NCBI GenBank assembly: GCA_029953675.1
Contig: JAMWBK010000003.1
Location: forward strand, 1,550,001-1,614,000
Source of the DNA: Rhodosorus marinus CCMP1338
Taxonomy: Eukaryota > Plantae > Rhodophyta
Length of the DNA stretch: 64,000 nucleotides
Direction: 5' to 3'
The translations under genes and the position numbers were made by a program. Below the pieces are notes generated by a model. It searched no databases. It had not been told where the DNA came from and saw only the letters and a list, made by a program, of their open reading frames with translations. Every line of letters starts with the position of its first letter. Within the stretch, counting starts at the first letter, position 1. This document shows positions 24,227 through 36,810 of the stretch, piece after piece.

Positions 24227-26662
24227 CTAGTTGTCCCTTCCTCGTCGCAGGAGGAATCTAGTTACTGGGTTCTCTGATATACGATCATGAGGCATAACAT
24301 CACTCATACAGCGGAAGTTCATCTCCACTGAAAGGTGTCTGAAGTTGCTAACGCGGCTGGAATACAGGCAGGCATAGTTTTCGACCTGGAGCGCAAAGCG
24401 CGAGTTCTGGTAGCCGGTTTTGAAGAGCTGACCCCATTGCGGATGAAACTTCTTGTGGTAAGCTTTCGTCTCCTCTCGAAGCATCGCTCGAATTCTTTTC
24501 TGTTCCGCCCATGCCTCCTGAGATCGTGAGAAAAGGAGCAAAACACAGACCGCGACAAAGTTCAGTAGAGCGCCGAATACAAAACAACCCGAGCGGAACC
24601 AGCAAATGCAACAAATGGGCTACCTCAAGTTCGTCTTCCTCAGTAGGTGTATCATTCCCCTGTTTCCTCTCTATGTCTGCAGCAGCCTGCTCCAAGGTGT
24701 TTACCCATCCGTCGAGCTCGTCCCTAATACACCGGAGCTCTTCGAGCTTTTCAAAATGTCCAGTCTGCTCCAGCATCACGTTGATCTGGTGCTCGAGCTC
24801 AGGAATGACCAGCATCGTCCGCCAGCCAAGTTGGCGTTTTGATCGAAGAATATCAGAATACCTGGACAGGCGCGGAACGCTCGCGTCAGATATTGTCCCA
24901 TCTAGAGGCCCCTTGAAAGCCCCCTAAACCAGAAACTCATCAAACTATGCTCGCTTTTGTCTTACATATGATCGCCAACATAGAGAATGCGCGATCCGGA
25001 TGACACGCCGAGGAGGTTGTGGAGGTGCTTCCAGTGACCTCCTTGGAAGGTTTTACCTTCTTCGAGGTAGCTTGATGCTTCGCCGAACATTGGACCTGCA
25101 CATACGTGATTCTTTAGAAGCTTTGGGGTGGGGGGTGCAGTTGCCAGCACCGCGAACAGTTTATGGGTAGCTTGCCTTCAGTATTGGCCAGTGATCCATC
25201 CTCCTTCACGCGGTAGATAGGAAGGTTGGTGTCTGTGAGAAATGCAGGTTTACAAGCTCCCACAATGATTATATCAAACACATCCTGCCACGCCGGGCCG
25301 TAGACAAAGTTCATTACCACCTTCGTGAAGTCATACAGGCTGTTTGTCAGCAGGAACATCTTTCTACCGCTTTCCCTCCACATGTCAAGTGTTTCTTTCA
25401 GGTGCTCATCCCTGTTGAACGACAAGCAAACGTTCCGATCTAAGATAAGGTTGAGGAAGCAAAGCAAGGCAAATACTGACGAGGACGCGGAGAGATAGAT
25501 GGACGTCTTACTTGTGGATATACTTGCCCGGGTCCAGAGCTACTTTATCCTTTATCACGCCGTCACGATGACACAGATCAACACTCGTCCTTACATCTTT
25601 AAAAATCTCCTCATAGGACTTCGACAAACGATCTGAAAGGGATTTAGGAGTCAAGCGAGAGCGGCTCTTTCGTCAACGCTGTGCGTATGTCACAAGATCA
25701 CCCCCGGACAACTGACGATGGGTCGATTTGCTCGTGGATTCCAGTTATTCATACCTGGATTACTGTCCTTGAAATCGACGATTGCGCTGAACAGAAAAGC
25801 GTCGGGCAAAGAGAAGAGGGTGTCAACTACAGCATATCCCGATCCAGTGAACGAATCCCAGGTAGTATTGTTCGGATCGTAAACAGCTTTTCTCTCCACT
25901 TCAGTAAGTTTTCGACTCCCGTGGTAGGCGATCTTCACGTATTTATGCCTGCGCCGTTTTCAGATTGGGACGTTTTTCAGGTGATTGCTCTCTGAAAATG
26001 AGATGTACGCTTTGATTCTGGAATAGCAGACCTGTCCATTTTTATGATGTTTCCTCTGGGTTTATCGATAACCAGACCTCTGACGAACTTTGTATGATCG
26101 TAAGGTATCTCAAGCAGTTCTGGTGGGTAGCCAAGGTGCGTCACAAGCTTCTGAACTGCTCCCTACTCAGTTTAAACGGGGACAGGCATGTAAGCTTGGT
26201 TGAACATGAGGAGGAGTATTCCTGGACACACAAACCTCATAAGCTAGCGTTTCAAACGACTCTGGAATGTACTCGGAAAGAGTATAGTCCATATCAAAGC
26301 CGATCGCCGAGATTTTCTGCATGTTAAGGTTCCGATTGCAGAAGACTTGTCCTGAAAAACGAGGCAAACGGATCTCTTCAGGCCTTTTGACGATTGAGGA
26401 CAACGTAGCACAAACGATCTACACAAGGTTTGGCAACGTCCATACCCAGATATCTCTTGTTCGAGCTCTGATTCACTAGCGAAGGCATATTCTGAACAAC
26501 CACGACATCGTCTGTACTAGCTTTGTGCAATCCACCAGTACCATTGCTTCCAGAACTAGTACAATACGTGGTCGTACGCAAAAACCTCCTGGAAGCCCCA
26601 AAACCAAAAACCCTCGCGTCAAATAAAAATCCAAACCAACCCGGTCTCAGTTGCCAATTCAT
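24227..26662 (-). CDS. HAD-superfamily cytosolic purine 5'-nucleotidase (cN-II/NT5DC family), multi-exon, with an organelle-targeting-like N-terminus
   Basis: VFCNRNLNM..I.AIGFDMDYTL (DxDxT motif I), RGLVIDKPRGNIIKMDR, FLLTNS, WQDVFDIIIVGACKP.F, ILYVGDH, HPQWGQLFKTGYQNSRFA.QVENYACLYSSRVSN. The exact first intron and start are uncertain. Confidence 0.93.
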
Positions 26663-26785
26663 CTTCCCTGACTCAGTTCCACTCAGATATACCTCCCCCC
26701 CTACAAAACACAAAACGAAACCTCCACCATCCTTCCCCGCCTCCCCCACTTCTCCTCCCTCTCTCCCCCCAAACCAACTACCTCA

Positions 26786-27478
26786 AAAACAAAACCCTAA
26801 ATATTCCTCCCGTCCTCTCTGCCATCCAAAATCTGAAACCACAAGCAAGACAAAAGAACAGAATCGCTAGTCTTGACGAGCTTTGGTATATGATCGCACA
26901 GTATCAAACAAATAGTTGTGGTTGGGGAGCCAAGGTGCGTCACAAGCATCCGAACTGCTCCGTAGTCAGATTTGTATGGGGGTGACAAGTATGCTTTATA
27001 TTCGAGGGCGAGCAACCCCAAAACAAAACCCTAAATATTCCTCCCGTCCTCTCTGCCATTAAAAAATCTGAAAGCACAAACAAGACAAAAGAACAGAATC
27101 GCTAGTCTTGACCAGCTTTGGTATATGATCGCACGGTATCTCAAGCAGTTTGGGTTGGTGAGCCAAGGTGCGTCACAAGCATCCGAACTGCTCCCTAGTC
27201 AGATTGTATGGGGGGTGACAAGTATGCTTTATATTCGAGGGCGAGCAACCCCAAAACAAAACCCTAAATATTCCTCCCGTCCTCTCTGCCATAAAAAATC
27301 TGAAAGCACAAACAAGACAAAAGAACAGAATCGCTAGTCTTGACCGGCTTTGGTATATGATCGCACGGTATCTCAAGCAGTTGTGGTTTGGGGAGCCAAG
27401 GTGCTCCACAAGCATCTGAACTGCTCCCTAATCAGGTTTGTATGGGGGAGTAATCTTTTATATTTGAGGCGAGCAACC
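26786..27478. repeat. Tandem array of 3 x ~233 bp units containing degenerate copies of a nucleotidase exon
   Basis: Units start near 26786, 27020 and 27253 (aaaacaaaaccctaaatattcctcccgtcctctctgccat...). Each contains tatgatcgcac..tatc..agccaaggtgc..cacaagcatc.gaactgctcc.ta.tcag, matching 26091-26170. Confidence 0.95.
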
Positions 27479-27516
27479 GGAGGAGGAAGAGACAAAAACG
27501 ACGGTACGGACGAGGC

Positions 27517-28322
27517 TCAAGAATAAGGGCGGGCGGAACTCCGGCAAAGGGCTACGCTAAGAAGAGATTGGAAACGTGACCAAAGGTCAAATTGATCCCT
27601 AAAACCCTCCCGCAACCAGAGGACGCCATCCCTGTCCTCTAGAGCATAAACGAAAGACTTCAACGGCGAGTGGGACAAGGAGAAAATTCTATGCCTTCCA
27701 AAAGCGTGTCTTAATGGAAGCAATTCTCTGTCATTCCGTGCGCCCAACCCCTCCCATGTGAAGGCGGGGGCCTGATAGCAAGAGGTCCGACCGTTTCTTG
27801 GGAGTTTACCAGAACGGCAGCTTGTTATACTAGCAAGACGAACTCATCTAGACCTGACCAGTTCTCTGGTACTGCTAACTCCTAACAAATTTTGGATTTT
27901 GCGGTCTGCAAGAAGTTCCTCATGTGGTACAGTCCACATGAACGTCAACGAAACGTCCAAGGCAATCAGCTGGTGCAGAGGGGGGCTCCTAGTTCTGATA
28001 TGGTTCCAAGTAGATATTTAGTTTGTTCTAAGCCGCGGGGCCTGCGAGTCAACCCAATGCGGTTAATATCTGTGCCGACTGGGTTATCCGCTTTCTACGT
28101 AAGACAGGAAAGCCATTTGGCAGGCTGTAGAGAGGTAGCACCTCGTTCTCTCCGCACAATCTGAGCTTTGCTTCCCATTGTCCAGTGGATTAAGATCGAG
28201 CTGCAATTGAGAGAGGGACACTGCGCAAGTTCGTTTGCTCTGCTCTGATACTGCATGGAAAGGGGCAGTTCCTTTAATTCCTGTTTCACTTGGCTGGCTA
28301 TCTCGAGGATCTTAAAATTCAT
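27517..28322 (-). CDS. Hypothetical spliced protein (unrecognised)
   Basis: Protein-like segments MNFKILEIASQVKQELKELPLSMQY..., LTFMWTVPHEELLADRKIQNLLG and HRIFSLSHSPLKSFVYALEDRDGVLWLREGF lie near plausible GT/AG sites. No family recognised. Confidence 0.3.
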
Positions 28323-28339
28323 TAGCTAGAGTTTCCGGC

Positions 28340-29437
28340 TCAGCCCTCTCCGTTTCCATTCGGCTTGAGGAATTTTTGTTGGTAGTTGTCCAAGCCCCCG
28401 GCGAGGCTTCGGACTTTGTCAAACCCTTGCTGCGCTAGGTACTTTGCAAAATGTGATGATCTATATCCCGCTTGACACACAACTACTGTCTCCGCCGTCG
28501 GGTCCAATCCAAGGGTTCCCTCTTTGAGCGCCTTCCCTAGGTCTGTCTGCTCAAGCGCCGGAAGGCTAATGAATCCGTCTAGTTCAAACTTTTCTACCAG
28601 CTCTTTCTGTACACGTGAGTTCACGACAAGTACATGCGAGCGCTGATATGGTTAAATTACGTTTGGCAGGTCCAAAAAGTTCAGAACAGAACCAAGGAAA
28701 TACCTTACCTCTCGTACGTCCACGAGCTGAAGCTTGGACCTTTCAGTTGGATCATTGTAGCGTCTATCAAACTCCGCCGCAGAGATATCGGCAGGCACGG
28801 TCCCCTTGCCGTCCACTCGGATTACATGCCATCCAAAACCCTTTAGAAGGAACACCACGCGTTGAGCTATTCACGCTCGTCCTGCCAGAGAGCTTCAGAT
28901 GAAAACTAACAAAGCAATTCGGGAAGGTATTCGAATAGCATTACCGATTTAACCTTGCTGAGGCTGCCGATCTCATTGTCGAAGCAGGCGTCCTCGAACT
29001 CAGGTACCATCATTTTCCTCGAAAACCAGCCAATATCGCCTCCATTTGTGTTACTCGGACACTGAGATAAGCTCCTGGATATCAGGTCAACCAAAAAAGT
29101 TCAGAATGCTCAAAAGGACCACTGCGGCTGAAAAACAAACTCAAACATGAACACCTTACTTTGCAACGTCCTCAAAGGTCTCTGGCTTTGAATTCAACTG
29201 CTCCATACAAGCATCAGCCATCTCCTCCGTTTCCAGTAGAATGTGGCTTGCCCTCACGGTCACATACTTGTCTACCTGATCCTTTTGCTTCTCCTCCAGT
29301 CCCGCAGTTGGCGCTGACACGTTATTTCCTTCAGACAGACTCCTTACCACTCCATCCACTCTCCTCGAGCACACCTTGCGCCCCCCTCCACTAATCCCAA
29401 AACCTCCAACCCCATTCCCAACGAATCCAATACCCAT
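28340..29437 (-). CDS. Parvulin (PpiC) plus rhodanese domain protein, plastid type (STR12/PIN3-like); 4 exons
   Basis: VRASHILL...FEDVAK; SQCPSNTNGGDIGWFSRKMMVPEFEDACF; GWHVIRV; LQLVDVRE; rhodanese loop VVVCQAGYRS..FAKYLAQQGFDKVRSLAGGLD. GTAAG donors occur at the exon ends. Confidence 0.92.
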
Positions 29438-30783
29438 GACTCCACACTAAACAACAAAAACCCCACCACCTACGGAAGCAAAATAGTATCCAAACCTCTC
29501 CTCCACCCAGACAAACAACCCCTTAAGAACAAACTCTTTCTCCTTTCTCCATCCAATCCTCAATACAACTCCTCAAACCTCCAGAACAGAATGGAAGAAG
29601 ACCAAAAGAATCTCCGCGATCCTCGTTCACCTCACCATCATCCTCAAATTCACCTCGAAGGACACCGACCGGTGTTCCCACTGGTGTCCCGGTCCTTGTC
29701 CCACAAAAATGGGACATATTTGTTGTTTTCGATGGGTAGGGAGGTTTGAAAAGAGTTTATAGCATTATGACAATGCCGGAGGCTTCACCGGAAGATTCAC
29801 GGTGAATTTTGTGTTCCTTCATCCAACTAAAAATTGGAAGAGAGCGAAAGGCTGCGCATAAAGCTGCGTCAGTTCACGCTTGGGAAGCACGGGCTGTCAT
29901 AGAATACTCCCGGGCGAAGACGGAGATCCGGGACCAGCTGAAGCGGGCCGCTCGAAGGACGATCTTCTAGTGTCGTATCTATCGGACCGTACTACGGTCC
30001 GGTGGTACTTTAAACGACGAATATCAAGCTGCAAACTTGAGTGTCGAACAAGTTCTTCTCCGCTGTTGTGGAGTCTATTTTTTGCAAGGTTTCACCAAGG
30101 TCGGTGATGCGAGCCGGACCCGGCCATGCGACACTGAGCGTCGGAGTTTCATCAAGATTCCTTTGTGAACAAGCGGATGAGCATTGCATTACGACTGGTA
30201 AGGATCTGGCGGACAGGAAGACAGCAAAGTTGTCGACGAACCTCGGTACGTCATGAGATCTGATTGAGAAACAGTTGCTGAGAGCGTTGGCGTATCTTTG
30301 GACCCCTGGGGCAAGGTCATAACCGAATTATGTTTTTAATACAATACCACTCGAAGAAGAAGAAGAATCCAAACATGTTTTGAAGGGTAGCCAAATGTGG
30401 TATGAAAGTGCTCTACAATTCCCTATAAGAGGTGGGAGGCAAAGACCACACGCAAGGGCACGGGTAGGGAGCTTGGGCTCATCTATCTGAAAGGTCATCC
30501 ATCATGTACTACTACGCAGTTCGTAGAATTAAATTTCGAGCGCTCATGAGCTTGTGCTTTCTCTTTCGTTCTTATCGGCTATTGCCCGCACAGCCTGCTT
30601 CCATCACTTTTCTTTGGTTCTCATTTGATTTCTGGTACTCTTCACGTGTGGCACGGCTTGCTTCTTCTCTGTCTTAATCTTGTTATACACAAAAGTTCTA
30701 TTCTCTCTCTTTCCGAAGCAACGTTCCTTCTTCCTTTTCTATGCTCTTGAGGCGGGCATAAAGGTGACTAGCGATCAACATGA

Positions 30784-31356
30784 TCATTCCAGGCTGCGCG
30801 ATGTTGAGAACTCCGGCAGTTCGTTTGGAACCTCTGGAAGCGGAGAGGATAGGACGTTTGCATTCTCCGGTGAGCTGCCCAGAGGATCGAAGAACGCTGT
30901 GAGGTAATCTTCACGATCATGAGGAGATATCTTCAGCAGATCGTCGAGTACACCATCCAAGCATCCGTCCTGTACGTCGTCCGTCCGTATGAGAAGAGCC
31001 TCCTCCTTCGAGAATAGTTCAGCATCAGGGACAAACGTACACAATGATGTCGTCGGTCTGGACTGAAACGGCTCCTCTCTCTTTTCTACAACTGCCGTTG
31101 CCATAACTTCATTGTCCAGGTTCGGGGAGGAGCTTGATGACGCGTTCCTCCAATGGCTCAGCTTGTGAGAGTCCAAGCTAGCCTTCCATGCAAATTTTCT
31201 CTTACAGTTCGGGAAAGTGCAAGAATAGGGTCTGTCTCCCGTGTGCACCCTCTGATGTACCTTTAAGTTGTAACTACGATAGAAACTCTTCCCACATCCT
31301 TCGAAATGACACTTGTGCCTTCCCCGTTCCGAACACTCTTGCCTTCCTCGAGGCAT
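30784..31356 (-). CDS. C2H2 zinc-finger transcription factor (two fingers)
   Basis: HKCHFEGCGKSFYRSYNLKVHQRVH-TGDRP linker-YSCTFPNCKRKFAWKASLDSHKLSH, followed by an acidic low-complexity tail. Confidence 0.9.
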   Translation of the reverse strand: MPRGRQECSERGRHKCHFEGCGKSFYRSYNLKVHQRVHTGDRPYSCTFPNCKRKFAWKASLDSHKLSHWRNASSSSSPNLDNEVMATAVVEKREEPFQSRPTTSLCTFVPDAELFSKEEALLIRTDDVQDGCLDGVLDDLLKISPHDREDYLTAFFDPLGSSPENANVLSSPLPEVPNELPEFSTSRSLE

Positions 31357-34300
31357 TCCAAATTACTTCCTAAACTTCGCTCTCGAGCAATTGTACGTGG
31401 CTGATTCTATTCCCTCCTGATCTCTGAATGCGACTCAGTACCCTCCATGCCTCCTAAATCACACCCAGACGCCATCTCTATCGAAACCTCATCCCTCATG
31501 ATCCCTCCCACCCTAGCCATCATCCTGCGTCGCTCTGTCTGTATTTTTCTTTACATCAACGTTCCTTTTGCTTCTGTCTTCAAGACTACAATGCCCACTT
31601 CCTGATATTTCTACACGAACGTTGTGAAGCACGAGCGCAGAAGAAATGTCCTCAGCGAAACAGCGACAACAATAAACCAAAAGTAACGTTAAGAAACATG
31701 AAAAGAGTCGATAAGCGAGGGCCAGGCGGTGGGTGTCAATTAGAGTTGCCGAAAACTCGTTGCGTTGAAACAAAATATTTCCTTCGCTGCCTTGGAGAAT
31801 GAGGGAAAAACTGAAACCGTTAAGTTGAAATGGACCTGTTTTTGTCAGTTTCCCACAGCAACAATATCTTCGGGATCAGTGAGCCCGTCACAGCCGCAGG
31901 ACTGAAGCGGGCAGTTATGTGCACCGCAATTTGTTTCCTAAGGTATATTCAAGGAAGGAAGAGGAATGCAGCAGCAGAACAAAAACATTCCCTTTAGAAG
32001 AGTGGATGGAGAGGGAGACCGTGGACTCATTTGTCTGCCAGCTAAAAGGGAAGATTGCGGTACGGTGCCGAGCAGCTGCAGCCGAGAGGCGGCGTTGCAA
32101 CGATCCTCGAAGCAACCACCCACACACAAAACAATTGGCCAAGATAATGAGCAAGGCGAGTCTCAGAACCATCACGTTTCCCAATTGGCTCCGCTATTCC
32201 CGCACTGATGAGATATCTGATCGGGCCTTCCCAACTCGGCCCAATAGGATCAACACACAAAACCCATTCCCCAATCAACTCCAATATCATAGCCGTTACA
32301 TTCAAAAAAGTATATGAACTTTTCAAAAAAAAATAACGGACAAAGAAAAAACGGTTAAAACCCGAACCCTAGCTAATTAGCGCATATCATTGGCTTACGA
32401 GCATCCAGCCGACCTCAAAATTTTAACATTAAAATGAAATGAAATGAAATGTTTCGAAAATTAATACGATTAAAACGTCGCAAATGATTGGCTATGGTGC
32501 TGCCAGGAATATCGTTTTTACCAAAAACATGAATTGATACGGTCAGTGTACTGAAACGGTGAACATTGTGATCTTCGACCATCGACATCGCGCAGATAGA
32601 GTCAGTAGGAAACAACGTGAGATATCCTATACAATGAAGACCCAAGAGGGGAATGAGACCCTGTTCTTGTTCTGAAGAAGGATTTCCGAATGGAAAGCAC
32701 CCTGATATTATTCGTTTCCTTCTACTTGTTAGACTTTGTTTTCGACGGGATAGTCTGCGAGGCGTTCGCCAGCCCAAAGCCCCTTAACGCGATAACGCAG
32801 ACCGCAACACGTCGACCTAAGATATGTATCCAGCACCATCTACAGTAGCCTTATACAGAGAACTGCACTCCCACAAAGCCCGTTCCGCTTGAGGCAACCC
32901 GAAAACTGCCGGCCACCTTAACAGTACTGAAGACGTTTCGCTGCCGAAGACTCAACTTCAGCTCTGTTGTGCTTCCAACCATATGCGTGGTAGACCAGAC
33001 GGAAGCTCTTCAGACTCTCTCACTAGGCTCAGTATGGGTTCAATTCCCATACGCTTTATCCAGTCGTTTGCAGCACGACATGAAGCGAAGAAGTACAGAG
33101 TGTGGCCGGTACGGTAGCTCAAGTAAGAACGCCAAGAGGAACAAAAAAAGTGGCTGCTCAGCCTAAAAATAATAATAAACTATTCTCATACAATATCAGT
33201 CAATATTTGCAGATAATGATTGCATTTTCAGCTGGCACGGCTGCGAGCAGGTGCTCTCCACTTGCGTGAGCCCACCAGAGTTTGTTACTAGCTTACCTAA
33301 TGAACAATATGGCGTTGGATCTAGAGCATCACATGCAAATAGTAGATCCTGTTCGTGGTCGTGTTTGCTTGTTTGTTTTTTTTGTCTTGAGCAAGTGCCA
33401 TATGCGATACGGACCATTGTCTCACAACTGTGTTCTTTGGTTCTGCCCCCCCAGCAAAGATGGATGGAGTCCAAGGGGTGTACAATCGTTATTTTTTCTG
33501 ATCTGGTGAAATTGGCTGCTTGGGGTTCCTAAATTGCAGGCATGGAAGCATGGCCTTTCAGTAGGTGTGGTACTGACGGTACAATCCAGATCCGCGTTGG
33601 AAAGTGCATATGATGAAACTCAAGCACACGTACTAAGGCCAGGCGATATCCAGTGAGACATTTGGCGTCGCAAAGCGTGGATAATACCAAAAACGCAATT
33701 GGTTCGAGTTTCCTCAGACCAACCTTGAAGAGCAGTAAACTGCGTTGAATAGGATGCGCTAGTCTGTGGTTGAGGAGCCCTTCACCGCTCCAAAACGAGG
33801 ATGAGATCCTCGAAGCAGCGACGCGCACACGAAACATTGCGGGATGGGATATTCGGCCTGAATACCTCGTGCAAAACTGTTCTCGAACAGAACTCTTGCC
33901 TTTAAGGATTCTTTCACTAGCATCCTTCTCACGGCGCGGACGAGATTGTGCACACTAGTTCAGTTGTCTCGGTCGCCTGTACTTCGATAACGTCCATTCT
34001 ACCCTAGTTCCTGGTTCCCATGGAGGAGCCCCAGACGACGGGGCTTTGGGTATCCGTTCGTTATCGGCTTTTTCCTCTAGTCGGAGGAGTGCCCTCAAGG
34101 CGTCCGTCTCTGTTTTTTCTCATGGCGGCCGCTCTGAACAAGTCCCAAGATAGGTATGTCAACTCGATATTTCCTCATCGGAAAATCGTGTTCAATCAGG
34201 CTGAGATGAGGGCACGGCAAGCGATACTCACGAACAAGCGCTACCAGGCACGACGTGCTCCGTGAGCGGCCTTGCTTCCTATGGGGGATGTACATTCCCG

Positions 34301-34677
34301 TTCGACATTGTCGGAAGGGATGCCGAACCCGTCAGCCCCGACAATTTCCTTGATCATGCTGTATTACGGGAATTGACGCAGAATGGTGCGTACTAGGAGA
34401 CTGCTATATGCAAAAGGAGCTAGCTGTAAAACGGGGTTTCGCTGGCAGAAACTGTCTGCAGTCTCTCACTCTACAAGAGGAGAACCCAGAAAAGATAGGG
34501 CTTGATTTCGAGTCAAGCGTAAAGCGGAATAGACGACGGGCTTGTGGTGTACTTCGCACAGGGAGCAGATTGTTCCTATGCCAAAAAGGGCTGGTGGAAA
34601 TCAGAATGACATGCCCTTCCCCGCACCGCCGCCATAAACCTTTCAAACAATCCGACTTTTAGCTATATATTAGATTA

Positions 34678-35019
34678 TTACAAATTACTCACAACCAGAG
34701 CGCGAATTCTGGAGTCCTCAAAGTGAAAGTCATACTTTTGCTGTCGGCTAAACACAACATGGTGCTTCTCTCTTCCGACAACCGTGACCGACCTAGGCTT
34801 TTCCTGATACCCAAAATCGGGATTGAGGTGAACCTTTCTTCCACGACCCCTTTCAATGTACTTCGCAACGGCTTCCTCGCCAAACAAATCTCCATCAGCA
34901 TCCGTAATAATCAGCATCATTCCCGAACACAGCCTCAAAGCAGCATCCACATCTCCCCTCTCCTTCGCATTCAGAAACTCCTGCACCTGCGCCCTCCTTT
35001 GCATCTCCCAGTCCGCCAT
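34678..35019 (-). CDS. Small SnoaL-like / NTF2-like fold protein, intronless
   Basis: RAQVQEFLNAKERGDVDAALRLCS...GEEAVAKYI...beta strands...YDFHFEDSRIRALVV matches the SnoaL-like pattern (V..F..A...GD.DA...L, G.EA...Y, F.F.DG.I). Confidence 0.65.
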   Translation of the reverse strand: MADWEMQRRAQVQEFLNAKERGDVDAALRLCSGMMLIITDADGDLFGEEAVAKYIERGRGRKVHLNPDFGYQEKPRSVTVVGREKHHVVFSRQQKYDFHFEDSRIRALVVSNL

Positions 35020-36810
35020 CTTTCCCCACTCCAAAGTTCAAGTCAGCAACAAGCCCACCCACCACAACTCCCCCTTCAGCTCCAGGCCAAACCTTTCCCA
35101 CCAACACCTCTTTCAAACAACAATTAGGCCCTCCCGCAACAAGTTGCCAGACAACTCTCTTATCACCCTTCAAGGCACTTCTTCGTCCTCTGAAAAACTT
35201 CCCCGCCACCACAATACAAAACCTTCTCAAACAACAACAAAAGCACCAACAAACTCCCCGCCCCCTCCACCCAAAAAAGAATACCAACTCAGCTTTCAAC
35301 CTGCAATATATCCTCTCCTTCCCCGAATGTTCCTATTTTACTCCTCACCTACCTTCATCCAGGCCTTTATCCCCATTGCCAACCCGAACCAAAGGCCCGT
35401 CTTCCAAAGCGCGTTCGAACCCCTTTTAATACACTAATATCGCAAAAATCAGCAATCCAAATCCACACCACCTCGAGCGAAAGAAAAAATTCTGACCCTC
35501 CCCCTCCTTACCAGACAATATCTTCATCAACAATCAACAAGAATCTATTACCCTTCCAAATTCATATTATTCTTCCCAAGAAATTCCCCCATAAACTACT
35601 AAAAAGTATATTTGACTTTATCCTATGATTGAAAACGAGGGGGTATTAATTTATCATATATCAACCGGGATAGTTCCTCTAGACCCTCTACCCCTTTAAA
35701 AAGGGAATCACCGAAAATCGCTGGGAAATCGCATTTTCTGTGGTGTTTGCTTCTTTTTTTTTTGTGAGAAGTTTTTTCTGCTTCCCGGCGACCCTGGAAA
35801 AAAAAAAAATCCCCCACCCAAAAAGGAGTGAAAAATTCACTTTTTCTATTTTTGGAACGTGGAAAATAATTTCGAATTTTTTCCGATTTGAAGAAGGTCT
35901 TAAAATAGATGCCGGTGTGGCTTTCCGAAACGATACGATCTTGAGTAGTTCAATAAAAAATTTCCACTGTTCCTGCAGACAGCAAAAAAGAAAAAAAGAA
36001 ACCCCCCTTTAAAATTATTTTTGAAGACAGAGTTTGACATCACTACGATATGATTGGATAAGAAATGGTTTCAGAATTGAAAATTATGAAATAATTAAAT
36101 GTGTAAACACTTTCCTGGTGTGCAAATTCTGAATTTTCCGCTTACAATCATCCGAGTAAACCTTCAACAGTAATTATGATTGGTGAACGTATTATGAATA
36201 ATTAATAAAAACAGATGAGACCGTCAATGACCTGCACACGTCGGGGTTCTGTAGAGCTTCTGTCGTACCTGACCTATAGCTGTTTTAACTGTCACCAATT
36301 ACATCATCATAAAATTCGCAACTAAACCAATTCTCGGTCGTTTATCTTTCAAAATTGTGTTGACACTAATAAAAATATTTGCCTTGATCGTATAATTAAG
36401 GATTTTGTCAACTTTGGCTACCATTGGAACAAAATACATTAAAAAAACATGACGAAAATACCTCGGCCCTTGATAGGCATGTCAAGTGCGAAAACGTGGT
36501 CAGTTGGTTTTCACCTTGAGTGTTTGGTTTTTTTGGTTTTTTTTCGAAGGATGATTTTTTCTCACTGGAATTTTCGTTTCATCAAATCTTATTTCTTGAT
36601 GTTGGTTGGTCATGTATTCATAAAAAGAGGGGAGGGGGGTGAGCGGAGATCCGGTTAATTCCTTTGCGGATGTATTTTGTTTGTTTTAGAATGTTTTAGT
36701 GGTTATACATATTGTTTTAGAGGGGTCACTCCAATTTACTCTGACAAAATGCAAAGCGATCGATCGAGAGGAGTAGAGCAATATTTCGGGAGAGCGGGGC
36801 TGCTGGGTTA

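Noticed and set aside
26786-27478. CRISPR-like array
   Set aside because: The units are about 233 bp and repeat along their whole length, with no unique spacers and no cas genes; the context is eukaryotic.
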